A stretch of 27,521 nt of DNA from Chitinophagaceae bacterium (GCA_035301605.1 DATGTY010000086.1:1-27521), one strand, 5' to 3'. Positions 1 through 9,246 are shown, numbered from the stretch's first letter. Notes: a model not told the origin generated them from the sequence alone. Numbers and translations: made by a program.

Positions 1-2
1 AG

Positions 3-1499
3 GAAAATTATAAGAATTATGATTTTGGCTTGCATTCATGGAATGGAGAAAAGGTAATGGTGGAGTTTTCTTCACCAAATACCAATAAACCGCTGCATCT
101 TGGGCATTTGCGGAATATCTTTTTAGGTTATTCTTATGCTAAAATATTGGAAGCCTGTGGTTATGATGTCATTAAGGCTAATTTGGTGAATGACAGAGGT
201 ATTCATATTTGTCGCTCTATGGTGGCCTGGCTGAATTATGGAGAAGGAAAAACACCAGAATTTGAAGGAATTAAAGGAGATCATTTTGTTGGGAAGTATT
301 ATGTGAAGTTTAATGAGGTTTATAAACGACAGATAGCGGATTTGGTAGCCGGGGGGATGACGGAAGCGGAAGCAGAAAAAGAAGCGCCGCTGCAGAAGGA
401 AGCTGTAGAAATGTTGAGAAAATGGGAAAATAATGATAAAGAGGCTGTGGCGTTATGGAAGAAGATGAATGACTGGGTGTTTGCCGGATTTGATAAGAGT
501 TATGATAGAATGAGGGTATCTTTTGATAAAATATATAGAGAAAGTGAAACCTATCTATTGGGTAAAAAACTGGTAGATGAAGGACTGGAAAAAGGTCTTT
601 TTTATAAAAAGGAGAACGGCTCGGTCTGGACAGATCTTTCAGAAGACGGGCTGGATGAAAAATTGCTGTTGCGTGCAGATGGTACATCTGTTTATATGAC
701 ACAAGATTTGGGGACTGCTCAATTAAAATATGATGATTATAAAATAGATCAAAGTATCTATGTCATTGGTGATGAGCAGAATTATCATATGAAAGTGTTG
801 AAATTAATATTGCAGAAGCTGGGAAAATCCTATGCGGATGGGATTTATCATTTGAGTTATGGGATGGTAGAACTGCCTCATGGAAAGATGAAGAGCAGAG
901 AAGGTACGGTAGTAGATGCGGATGATATGATGTCGGATATGGTAAATACGGCGGAGAAACACACGGAAGAATTAGGGAAAGTGAGAGATTTCTCTGAAGA
1001 AGAATTGAAGACGCTTTATGAAACTTTGGGTTTAGGTGCTATGAAGTTTTATTTATTGCGTGTAGATCCCAAGAAACGTATGGTTTTTAACCCTGAAGAA
1101 TCTATTGATTTTCATGGTTTTACAGCTCCTTTTATTCAATATACTCATGCCAGAATTCAATCTATTTTTAGAAAAGAAAATATTCAACCGCAGGAATTTA
1201 AAGTAGAAATTTCTGCTTCAAAACAGATTTTTCATGATTATGAAAAGCAGGTGGTGCTGCAATTGGAACTTTTTCCACAAGCGTTGTTAGAAGCCTGTGA
1301 TGAGCGTAATCCTTCTGTTGTAGCCGGCTATTGCTATGAATTGGCTAAGACTTTTAATACTTTTTATAATAATCTTTCTGTCAGTAATGCAGAAAGTGAA
1401 GAAAAGAAAGAATTGCGCTTACAACTATGTTTGATTACTGCGAAGGTGATTAAAAAAGGAATGGGATTACTGGGCATTCGTGTACCGGACAGAATGTAA
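3..1499 (+). CDS. argS: Arginyl-tRNA synthetase, 5'-truncated by the window edge
   Basis: Frame is open from position 3 (ENYKNYDFGLHSW...), so the TTG at 30 is not the true start. Class I HIGH-like motif NKPLHLGH, KMSKS-like KMKSREG, C-terminal anticodon domain ending GLLGIRVPDRM. Confidence 0.97.
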   Translation, partial: ENYKNYDFGLHSWNGEKVMVEFSSPNTNKPLHLGHLRNIFLGYSYAKILEACGYDVIKANLVNDRGIHICRSMVAWLNYGEGKTPEFEGIKGDHFVGKYYVKFNEVYKRQIADLVAGGMTEAEAEKEAPLQKEAVEMLRKWENNDKEAVALWKKMNDWVFAGFDKSYDRMRVSFDKIYRESETYLLGKKLVDEGLEKGLFYKKENGSVWTDLSEDGLDEKLLLRADGTSVYMTQDLGTAQLKYDDYKIDQSIYVIGDEQNYHMKVLKLILQKLGKSYADGIYHLSYGMVELPHGKMKSREGTVVDADDMMSDMVNTAEKHTEELGKVRDFSEEELKTLYETLGLGAMKFYLLRVDPKKRMVFNPEESIDFHGFTAPFIQYTHARIQSIFRKENIQPQEFKVEISASKQIFHDYEKQVVLQLELFPQALLEACDERNPSVVAGYCYELAKTFNTFYNNLSVSNAESEEKKELRLQLCLITAKVIKKGMGLLGIRVPDRM

Positions 1500-1506
1500 T
1501 AGATAC

Positions 1507-1550
1507 AAAAAAACACCTTTAAAAGTCATTTGATACGACCTTTAAAGGTG
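1507..1550 (-). terminator. Intrinsic terminator between convergent argS and the small membrane protein gene
   Basis: Inverted repeat CACCTTTAAAAGTC (1514-1527) / GACCTTTAAAGGTG (1537-1550), 13 of 14 pairs, 9-nt loop. A7 at 1507-1513 gives a U7 tail on the minus strand. Confidence 0.75.
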
Positions 1551-1589
1551 AAAAATATTGGTTGAGTATGAGAATACTCCGTCTTTTAA

Positions 1590-1796
1590 TTATTTATAAG
1601 TTGGATTATATAAGGTGCTGGAAGGTATTTCTACCGGAGGATTTCCCTGATAGCGATGCATATATAACGCTACACACATTGCAAACATAAACGCTACTGT
1701 TGCTCCAATGCTTAAGTAAAAAAGATAACGTGAGGTAGATACCCAACTTGTAGATACATCTTTTAATTCGTGTTTTTCTTGACCTTTATCTTCCAT
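1590..1796 (-). CDS. Small single-pass membrane protein (68 aa), function unknown
   Basis: ATG at 1796 preferred because the ORF-track TTG at 1820 lies inside a TAATTTTG promoter motif. One hydrophobic segment YLFYLSIGATVAFMFAMCVALYM followed by a Pro/Tyr-rich tail. Has its own promoter motif and a downstream terminator. Confidence 0.7.
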   Translation of the reverse strand: MEDKGQEKHELKDVSTSWVSTSRYLFYLSIGATVAFMFAMCVALYMHRYQGNPPVEIPSSTLYNPTYK

Positions 1797-1817
1797 AGTA
1801 ATTTTTGTTTTGCAGTA

Positions 1818-1825
1818 CAAAATTA
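1818..1825 (-). promoter_or_regulatory. Bacteroidota sigma70 -7 element (TAATTTTG)
   Basis: Exact TAnnTTTG match on the minus strand, 21 nt upstream of ATG 1796. Confidence 0.55.
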
Positions 1826-1848
1826 AGAATTGTATGCTTAGTAACCAA

Positions 1849-2880
1849 TTATTTTTTAGTTTTTAATGAACGGGGAAAGATTTTAATTTTCCTGATGAAA
1901 TAATCCCATATAATACTGCCTTTATATACCCCGGGTATTTCAAGAAAAGGAAGATATGGGATATCTTTAAGGTTGTTTTTATTGATGGATTTCCACTTAT
2001 AATAGCTTCTATGTGCTTTCCATATACTCTTCACTTCTTCTACATTACCGGACAATAAACTTTTAACTGCTGCGACGCCATCTAGTACTTTTCTACTAAA
2101 TAAAATTGTATTTCTCTCTTTCGGAGAAAGGTTTTTATATAGCATGATCAGGTTGTTGCGGAAGTTAAGATAGACCTTTCTCGGATTTCCCTGTGGAAGA
2201 CTGCCACCTCCGACGTGATATACCATTGCTCGCGGACAAACAGCTATTTTATATCCCATTCGCTGAAGTCTCCAGCAGAGATCAATCTCTTCCATGTGGG
2301 CAAAAAAATCTTCATCCAGTCCGCCTGCTTCCTGATACAGATGGGCACGAATAAATAGGGCAGCGCCACTTGCCCAAAAGGCAGTCTGCTCATAATCATA
2401 CTGTCCTTTGTCTTTTTCTACCGTTTTGAAGACACGTCCTCGGCAAAAGGGATAACCATAGCGATCTATCCAGCCGCCGGCAGCTCCTGCATATTCAAAA
2501 AAATCTTTGTGATGAAAAGCTCTCAATTTAGGTTGGCAGGCTGCTATTTGATGGTCTTTTTCCATCTCTTCAATGACTGGCTGAATCCAGTTGGAAGTTA
2601 CTTCTACATCCTGATTAAGCAAAACAAAATAATCAGCTTCTATTTTTGATAAAGCTTCATTATAGCCTCCGGCAAATCCAAGATTTCCGGAATTTAAAAT
2701 TATCTTTATCTCCGGAAAATTTTGTCTGATAAACTCAACACTGTTATCGGTGGATGCATTATCAGCTATATAAATGTCTGTGTTGGGATAGTCTGATGCA
2801 ACTACTGAGGGAAGAAATTGTTTTAGAAATTTCTTGCCATTCCAATTTAAGATAACAACGGCCACTTTAGGAGGCTGCAT
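1849..2880 (-). CDS. Glycosyltransferase family 2 protein
   Basis: VAVVILNWNG N-terminus, IADNASTD, NLGFAGGYN, LLNQDV (DxD-like), FFAHMEEIDLCWR, VYHVGGGS. ATG at 2880 preferred because the TTG at 2913 overlaps the promoter motif. Confidence 0.92.
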   Translation of the reverse strand: MQPPKVAVVILNWNGKKFLKQFLPSVVASDYPNTDIYIADNASTDNSVEFIRQNFPEIKIILNSGNLGFAGGYNEALSKIEADYFVLLNQDVEVTSNWIQPVIEEMEKDHQIAACQPKLRAFHHKDFFEYAGAAGGWIDRYGYPFCRGRVFKTVEKDKGQYDYEQTAFWASGAALFIRAHLYQEAGGLDEDFFAHMEEIDLCWRLQRMGYKIAVCPRAMVYHVGGGSLPQGNPRKVYLNFRNNLIMLYKNLSPKERNTILFSRKVLDGVAAVKSLLSGNVEEVKSIWKAHRSYYKWKSINKNNLKDIPYLPFLEIPGVYKGSIIWDYFIRKIKIFPRSLKTKK

Positions 2881-2910
2881 AACTGATTTTTTTATATTCT
2901 CAAGTAAGGA

Positions 2911-2918
2911 CAAAGGTA
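2911..2918 (-). promoter_or_regulatory. sigma70 -7 element (TACCTTTG) for the GT2 gene
   Basis: Exact TAnnTTTG on the minus strand, 30 nt upstream of ATG 2880. Confidence 0.55.
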
Positions 2919-3141
2919 AGTATTATGATGGCAAGCAAACGAATATACTTTGATAGAATTGTAATTATTTGGGGTATAAATGAAATGTTACTTTCAATAG
3001 TAGATGTCTGAAATCAAATGATTAAAGGATAAAATTGCTAAAGAAAAAATAAAAAACTTAGCTTTGATACAATGAAAATACTTGCCTGTAGAAGTTTGTC
3101 GGATCTTGGTTATTACAATGAAAGGTCAAGCAAATAAACCC

Positions 3142-3149
3142 TACCTTTG
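3142..3149 (+). promoter_or_regulatory. sigma70 -7 element (TACCTTTG) for the histidine kinase gene
   Basis: Exact TAnnTTTG, 71 nt upstream of ATG 3221. A second match (TAGCTTTG) lies at 3059-3066. Confidence 0.5.
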
Positions 3150-3150
3150 T

Positions 3151-3200
3151 TCCGTCTTCGCCAAGGCTCTGGTGGGTAGTCAGGGAACTGGTAGGCAGGC
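3151..3200 (+). repeat. GC-rich, degenerate REP-like element(s) in the histidine kinase leader
   Basis: 31/50 G+C inside an AT-rich intergenic region. TCCGTCTTCGCCAAGGCTCTGGTGG and CTGGTAGGCAGGC resemble, from memory, palindromic repeats of the CCGCCTTCGCCAAGGCTACGGCGG and CCTGCCTACCGGCAGGCAGG types. Only one copy in this window. Confidence 0.4.
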
Positions 3201-3220
3201 AATCAACGAATAACCAAAGC

Positions 3221-4384
3221 ATGCTAAAAAAAACGCCGGTTTGGAAATTAACCCTTGCAGCTTTAGGGCTTTTAATTGTTATAGCAACTTTGCTTTATGT
3301 GAATAGCTTTACAACAAAGCTAAAGCGTGAAGAGAAACTACGAATGAAAGCCTGGGTGGAAGCAAACATGGAGATTTTGACTTCCTCTTCAAATACAAAT
3401 CTCAATATGGCTACTGAAATTGTAGCAGGAAATACAACTATTCCTGTTATTCAGGTAGATAGGAAAGGACATATCCTGAGTGTAAATAACTTAGGTTTGG
3501 AAGGGGAACATATTGTTGAAGAGAATAAAAAATTTCTGACTAAAAAATTAGATAAATTTAAGTCACTTCATAATCCCATTATTTTAAGATATAATCCCAA
3601 AGACAGTACGCAATACTATAAAGTATATTATGGAGAATCTTCTATGCTGCGTAGGATTAGATATTTTCCATATATACAGTTAACGGTCATCGCTCTTTTT
3701 ATTGTGGTAACGCTGATTGCATTAAATAGTTCCAATAGAGCAAAAAGAAATCAACTTTGGGCAGGTCTTGCTAAAGAAACTGCTCATCAGTTGGGAACAC
3801 CGCTGTCTTCTATGGAGGCTTGGGTAGAATTGTTAAAGGAAAATAAAGATAATGAATCCATCGTAAAAGAACTTAATCATGACTTGAGTCGGCTGAAAAT
3901 GATTTCTGAGCGTTTCTCTAAAATCGGGAGCATGCCGGAACTGGAGGAAGCAGAATTAATATCGCACGTGCATAATGTGGTGGTGTATATGAAACATCGT
4001 GCCCCTAAGCTCATACGTTTTAAAGTAACTACGGATGGTGAAAAAGAAATTCCTGCTATGATTTCCCCTCTGCTTTTTGATTGGGTATTGGAAAATCTCT
4101 TAAAAAATGCATTAGATGCCATGGATGGGAAGGGTAGTATAACAATTGATATTTCTACGCATGCGGCACATTCTTATATTGATATTACAGATACCGGAAA
4201 AGGAATACCAACCAGACAGTTTGAAAATGTATTTTCACCCGGATATAGCACAAAAAAGAGAGGTTGGGGATTGGGTTTGTCTCTGAGTCGCCGGATTATG
4301 GAATCTTATCATAAAGGCAAACTTTTTATCGAAGAATCTGAAGTAGGGAAAGGAACGACTTTCAGAATAATGTTGCGGAAATAG
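3221..4384 (+). CDS. Membrane sensor histidine kinase (two TM helices, HisKA, HATPase_c)
   Basis: Two hydrophobic helices, H-box ETAHQLGTPLS, N-box ENLLKNALDA, G1 DITDTGKGI, F/G2 boxes FSPGYSTKKRGWGLGLS, GKGTTF. Confidence 0.93.
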   Translation: MLKKTPVWKLTLAALGLLIVIATLLYVNSFTTKLKREEKLRMKAWVEANMEILTSSSNTNLNMATEIVAGNTTIPVIQVDRKGHILSVNNLGLEGEHIVEENKKFLTKKLDKFKSLHNPIILRYNPKDSTQYYKVYYGESSMLRRIRYFPYIQLTVIALFIVVTLIALNSSNRAKRNQLWAGLAKETAHQLGTPLSSMEAWVELLKENKDNESIVKELNHDLSRLKMISERFSKIGSMPELEEAELISHVHNVVVYMKHRAPKLIRFKVTTDGEKEIPAMISPLLFDWVLENLLKNALDAMDGKGSITIDISTHAAHSYIDITDTGKGIPTRQFENVFSPGYSTKKRGWGLGLSLSRRIMESYHKGKLFIEESEVGKGTTFRIMLRK

Positions 4385-4427
4385 AAATACGGTTAAGATT
4401 GGTGTAATATTTAATGATGTTTCTTTT

Positions 4428-4435
4428 TACTTTTG
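4428..4435 (+). promoter_or_regulatory. sigma70 -7 element (TACTTTTG)
   Basis: Exact TAnnTTTG, 16 nt upstream of ATG 4452. Confidence 0.55.
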
Positions 4436-4451
4436 TGGGAAATATGGAATC

Positions 4452-5633
4452 ATGACAGAAAAGGAATTATTTTTTAAACATGTTGCACAAACTTCAGATG
4501 CTCCTTTAGGATTGAAAATTGTGAAGGCGGAAGGCACGAAAATGTGGGATGAGTCTGGAAGAGAATATCTGGATATGGTGGCTGGAGTGGGCGTTTGTAA
4601 TATTGGCCACAGTCATCCGGAAGTAGTTAAAGCAGTTCAGGCGCAAGTAGAGCAATACATGCATTTGATAGTATATGGTGAATTTATTGAATCACCGCAG
4701 GTACAGTATGCAAAAGCATTAACAGATGCTTTACCGGCTCATTTAAATTCGGTATATTTTACAAATTCGGGCACCGAATCTGTAGAAGGCGCTATGAAGT
4801 TGGCAAAACGTGTAACCGGGCGACCACATATTGCAGGCTTTAATAAAAGCTATCATGGATCTACTCAGGGAGCGCTGAGCATCATGGGGGGAGAAGAAAG
4901 CAGGCGTGCTTATCGGCCATTGCTTCCCGGAATCATGCATTTGCGATTTAATAATTTTGATGACTTACAGAGGATCGATGAACAAACGGCCGGAGTAGTA
5001 GCCGAGGTAGTACAGGCTGGTTCCGGTGTAGCTGTTCCTGAAATAGAATGGATGCAATCTTTAAGAAAAAGATGTACGGAGGTAGGTGCTTTGCTTATTC
5101 TGGATGAAGTACAAACCGGTATGGGGCGTACCGGCACTTTGTGGGCTTTTGAGCAATTTGGTATTGAACCAGATATTTTATTGTCTGCGAAATCTTTGGG
5201 TGGCGGTATGCCTTTAGGTGCGTTTATAGCAGATAAATCCTTGATGCACAAATTGACTTATGATCCTATTTTAGGACATATTACTACCTTTGGCGGTCAT
5301 CCCGTTTCTTGTGCCGCGGGTTTAGCTGCTTTTAAGGTTCTTAAAAATAATATGGAAGGTTATCATGTTTTTGAAAAGGAAAAGCTATTTAGAACTCTTT
5401 TGAAACATGATGCCATAAAAGCGGTAAGGAGCAGAGGGCTTTTGATTGCCATTGAATTTGATACTTTTAAACAATGTAATGCTATATTAGGAAAGTGTAT
5501 AGAAAAGGGAATGGTAGCAGATTTATTTTTATTTGCAGAAAATTGTATTCGACTGGCACCGCCATTGTGTATTACAGAAGATGAAATTCAAAAAGCCTGT
5601 CAGATTGTATTAGAAGCTATAGCAGAAGTATAG
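4452..5633 (+). CDS. Class III PLP-dependent aminotransferase (acetylornithine aminotransferase-like)
   Basis: TNSGTESVEGAMKLAK, SYHGST, LLILDEVQTGMGRTG, PLP lysine in LSAKSLGGG, TTFGGHPVSCAAG. Substrate cannot be determined from the sequence. Confidence 0.9.
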   Translation: MTEKELFFKHVAQTSDAPLGLKIVKAEGTKMWDESGREYLDMVAGVGVCNIGHSHPEVVKAVQAQVEQYMHLIVYGEFIESPQVQYAKALTDALPAHLNSVYFTNSGTESVEGAMKLAKRVTGRPHIAGFNKSYHGSTQGALSIMGGEESRRAYRPLLPGIMHLRFNNFDDLQRIDEQTAGVVAEVVQAGSGVAVPEIEWMQSLRKRCTEVGALLILDEVQTGMGRTGTLWAFEQFGIEPDILLSAKSLGGGMPLGAFIADKSLMHKLTYDPILGHITTFGGHPVSCAAGLAAFKVLKNNMEGYHVFEKEKLFRTLLKHDAIKAVRSRGLLIAIEFDTFKQCNAILGKCIEKGMVADLFLFAENCIRLAPPLCITEDEIQKACQIVLEAIAEV

Positions 5634-5692
5634 TTATGAAAGAAGAATATTATCAATGAATACCTTAAATTGCAAGTCCAAAGAATAACACC

Positions 5693-7312
5693 ATGCAAGA
5701 GACAGATTTTTTAGTGATAGGTTCCGGTGTGGCCGGGTTAACCTATGCATTGAAGACCGCACAGTATTTTCCTGGTCGCAAAGTGACTGTACTATCAAAG
5801 GGAGAAATTTCTGAGACCAATACGAAATACGCTCAGGGTGGCGTAGCGGCAGTTACTGATTTGAAGCATGATAGCTATGAAAAGCATTTACAGGATACTT
5901 TGATTGCCGGAGATGGCATGTGTAAGAAGAATATAGTGGAAATTGTGGTGAATGAAGGGCCAAAAAGGGTAGCGGAAATCATAGAAATGGGAGCTGATTT
6001 TGATAAAGATAGTGATGGTGATTATATCCTGGGCAGAGAAGGAGGTCATTCTGAAAGTAGAGTCTTGCATTACAAAGATGTGACCGGAAAAGAGATAGAA
6101 CGAACCCTGGTGGCAGCGGTTAAAAAGCAGAAAAATATTGATTTTGTTAGTCACTGTTATGTGTTGGATTTAATCACCCAACACCATTTGGGTTATCTCG
6201 TAACGAAATCTACAAAAAACATAGAATGTTATGGTGTCTATGTTTTTAATCATGAAACCGGTAAGATAGAGAAGTTATTAGCACCTATTACTGTTTTAGC
6301 TACCGGAGGAAGCGGTCAGGCTTATAGAACAACCACCAATCCGGTGATTGCTACCGGTGATGGTGTAGCCATGGTCTATAGGGCAAAAGGCAGGATTGAG
6401 AATATGGAGTTTATTCAGTTTCATCCTACGGCATTATATGCTGTTGGTGGAGAAGGGGATGCAGAAAATACCGGGCAGGACTTTTTGATATCGGAAGCGG
6501 TTCGTGGAGACGGCGCTGTTTTAAAAAATTGTCATGGAGAAGCTTTTATGGAAAAGTATGACGATAGAAAAGATTTAGCGCCTCGTGATATTGTGGCAAG
6601 AGCGATTGATAGCGAAATGAAAAAGACCGGAATGGTCCATGTATTTCTTGATTGCAGAGCCATGGATTTTGAGAAATTTAAACAGCATTTCCCTAATATT
6701 TATAAAAAATGTTTGAGTATTGGGGTAGATATCAAAAGAGATATGATTCCGGTAGCACCGGCAGCACACTATAGTTGTGGTGGAATTAGAACTGATGAAT
6801 GGGGGAGAAGTTCTATTAAAAATTTATATGCCTGTGGCGAATGCGCTTCTACCGGCTTACATGGAGCTAATCGGCTGGCTTCTAATTCTTTATTAGAAGC
6901 AATGGTGTTTGCACATCGTTGCTTCCTAGATAGTATTAAACATATTGGAGAATTAAAAGTTCATAATGAGGTGCCGGATTGGGATATGCAGGGCACTATG
7001 GAACCAAAGGAAATGATTCTTATTACACAGAGTCTGAAAGAATTGCAGCAGGTGATGAGCGATTATGTAGGAATTGTTAGAAGTAATGTGCGTTTAGCCA
7101 GAGCCATGCGGCGTTTAGATATTTTACATGTAGAAACGGAAGATTTATATGAACAGACAACAGTCTCTCCACAGCTTTGTCAGGTTCGTAATTTGATTAC
7201 AATTGGCTATTTGATTGTGAAAGGAGCGAGCTTCCGTCAGGAAAGTCGCGGATTACATTTCAATACGGATTATCCGGGTAAAAGTGAATTATTACAGGAT
7301 ATTGTGCTTTAA
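5693..7312 (+). CDS. nadB: L-aspartate oxidase
   Basis: FAD-binding GSGVAG, TKYAQGG, REGGHS, QFHPT, SEAVRGDGA, HYSCGG, GLHGANRLASNSLLEA, RQESRGLH. Confidence 0.96.
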   Translation: MQETDFLVIGSGVAGLTYALKTAQYFPGRKVTVLSKGEISETNTKYAQGGVAAVTDLKHDSYEKHLQDTLIAGDGMCKKNIVEIVVNEGPKRVAEIIEMGADFDKDSDGDYILGREGGHSESRVLHYKDVTGKEIERTLVAAVKKQKNIDFVSHCYVLDLITQHHLGYLVTKSTKNIECYGVYVFNHETGKIEKLLAPITVLATGGSGQAYRTTTNPVIATGDGVAMVYRAKGRIENMEFIQFHPTALYAVGGEGDAENTGQDFLISEAVRGDGAVLKNCHGEAFMEKYDDRKDLAPRDIVARAIDSEMKKTGMVHVFLDCRAMDFEKFKQHFPNIYKKCLSIGVDIKRDMIPVAPAAHYSCGGIRTDEWGRSSIKNLYACGECASTGLHGANRLASNSLLEAMVFAHRCFLDSIKHIGELKVHNEVPDWDMQGTMEPKEMILITQSLKELQQVMSDYVGIVRSNVRLARAMRRLDILHVETEDLYEQTTVSPQLCQVRNLITIGYLIVKGASFRQESRGLHFNTDYPGKSELLQDIVL

Positions 7313-7335
7313 ATTGTTAATTTAATCTTGTTTCT

Positions 7336-7923
7336 TTAGGAAGAAACCGGAATAAAATGAGTTATAATGTCTTTTGTTTCCTGAACGGCAGAATGTAAAT
7401 CATCGTTTAATATGACATAATCGAATTTATCTTGGTATTTCATTTCTTCCGAAACACGATCTAGTCTTTGCTGAATATCGGATTTGGCTTCGGCATTTCG
7501 TTGGATTAACCTTTTTTGCAGTGTATTAAAAGAAGGTGGTTTAATAAAAATAGAGCAGGCCTCTTTTTTGAATTGTTTCTTTAAGTTTGCCGCTCCTTTG
7601 ACATCTACAATTCGAATAGGATACTGACCTGCTTCCCAAATGCGTTCTAATTCAGAATATAGCGTTCCATAGTATTTTCCTTCATATACCTTTTCATATT
7701 CCAAAAAAGCATGGTGTTTAATTTTATTTTGAAATTCATCTACAGAAACGAAATAATAATCTTTTCCATCAATTTCTCTATTTCTTGGTGCTCTGGTTGT
7801 TACGGAAATAGTTAACGCTAGTTCCGGTATTTGTTTCATTAAGGCCTTGGCAATAGTCGTTTTCCCTGCCCCAGAGGGAGCAGTGATAATAATTAGTTTT
7901 TTATTGTTTTTGTAGGTAGTCAT
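7336..7923 (-). CDS. gmk: Guanylate kinase
   Basis: P-loop APSGAGKTT, SVTTRAPR, DGKDYYFVS, YYGT, 195 aa. Confidence 0.96.
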   Translation of the reverse strand: MTTYKNNKKLIIITAPSGAGKTTIAKALMKQIPELALTISVTTRAPRNREIDGKDYYFVSVDEFQNKIKHHAFLEYEKVYEGKYYGTLYSELERIWEAGQYPIRIVDVKGAANLKKQFKKEACSIFIKPPSFNTLQKRLIQRNAEAKSDIQQRLDRVSEEMKYQDKFDYVILNDDLHSAVQETKDIITHFIPVSS

Positions 7924-7932
7924 TTAAACAAA

Positions 7933-9246
7933 CTAGTCTATTCTTCTTATTTCTGCACCAAGTTTTTGTAACCTACCCTCAATATTTTGATAGCCTCGAT
8001 CAATTTGATGAGCGTTTTGAATGATACTGGTTCCTTCTGCACTTAATGCTGCGATAAGTAGAGCTACTCCGGCTCTAATGTCAGGCGATGACATGGTTAC
8101 GCCCTGTAAAGGGCGGCTTCTGTTAAGCCCTACAACAACCGCACGATGTGGGTCACAAAGAATAATCTGCGCCCCCATGCTGATGAGTTTATCCACAAAG
8201 AATAATCTGCTTTCGAACATTTTTTGATGAATAAGCACGCTGCCTTTGGCCTGAATAGCAGTGACCAGTACGATGCTCAACAGGTCAGGAGTAAATCCCG
8301 GCCAAGGGTGGTCGTAAATGGTCAGTACTGATCCATCCAGATAAGTTTCTAATTCGTAGGTCTCTTGTTTCGGAATATAAATATCATCTCCTTGAATCTG
8401 CAGATTGATTCCTAATTGTTTAAATTTAGAGGGTATAATACCCAAATGATCCACGCCTGCATTCTTGATGGTTATTTCACTCTGTGTCATAGCAGCAAGG
8501 CCAATGAAAGAACCTATTTCAATCATGTCCGGAAGGATGCTATGTTGCGTTCCACTAAGTTTCGATACTCCTTTAATGATCAATTTGTTAGAGCCAATAC
8601 CATCAATTTGTGCACCCATGTTTTGTAACATGGTACAGAGCTGTTGAATATAAGGTTCACAAGCGGCATTGTAGAGTGTTGTTATTCCTTTTGAAAAGAC
8701 AGAAGCCATCATTAGGTTGGCAGTACCTGTTATGGAGGGTTCATCCAATAACAGGTAGGTGCTATTCAATCCTTTAGGAGCTTCTATAGTTGCATATTGG
8801 GAGGCTGTACTCGAATGGATTTCTGCTCCCATTTTTTGGAAGCCTCTGAGATGAGTATCCAGCGGACGACGTCCGATTTTATCTCCACCGGGTTGTGGAA
8901 ACCGGGCTTTTCTGAAGCGAGCCAATAACGGACCTGCTATCATTACAGAGCCTCTAAGCTTACTTGCTTTATCTTGAAAAGTGTCGGTGTCTAAATAATT
9001 AAAGTTGATATTATCTGCCTGAAAAGTACAAATATGTCGATCTTTTCGATTGGTTTTAACCCCCATATCCTGCATCAATTCTATTAATTGATTAACATCT
9101 CGTATGTCCGGCAGGTTGTGTAAGGTTACTTTTTCTGAAGTGAGCAGGCAGGCACAAATAACTTGGAGTGCTTCATTTTTAGCTCCCTGTGGAATGACTT
9201 CTCCATGAAGCGATTTTCCTCCTTTTACTTCGAATGCATTGTTCAC
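7933..9246 (-). CDS. murA: UDP-N-acetylglucosamine 1-carboxyvinyltransferase (Asp in place of the active-site Cys)
   Basis: GAKNEAL, LRGSV...GPLL, PGGDKIGRRP, AACEP, PWPGFTPD, HQKMFESR, PDIRAG, IDRGY. Confidence 0.97.
   Translation of the reverse strand: MNNAFEVKGGKSLHGEVIPQGAKNEALQVICACLLTSEKVTLHNLPDIRDVNQLIELMQDMGVKTNRKDRHICTFQADNINFNYLDTDTFQDKASKLRGSVMIAGPLLARFRKARFPQPGGDKIGRRPLDTHLRGFQKMGAEIHSSTASQYATIEAPKGLNSTYLLLDEPSITGTANLMMASVFSKGITTLYNAACEPYIQQLCTMLQNMGAQIDGIGSNKLIIKGVSKLSGTQHSILPDMIEIGSFIGLAAMTQSEITIKNAGVDHLGIIPSKFKQLGINLQIQGDDIYIPKQETYELETYLDGSVLTIYDHPWPGFTPDLLSIVLVTAIQAKGSVLIHQKMFESRLFFVDKLISMGAQIILCDPHRAVVVGLNRSRPLQGVTMSSPDIRAGVALLIAALSAEGTSIIQNAHQIDRGYQNIEGRLQKLGAEIRRID

Noticed and set aside
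3176-3200. GTCAGG...GGCAG resemblance to the SRP (4.5S) RNA helix 8 motif
   Set aside because: No GNRA tetraloop with a closing stem between the two parts, and no long flanking hairpin.
5634-5692. Possible NAD-related riboswitch upstream of nadB
   Set aside because: Only 59 nt, very AT-rich, no evident structure.
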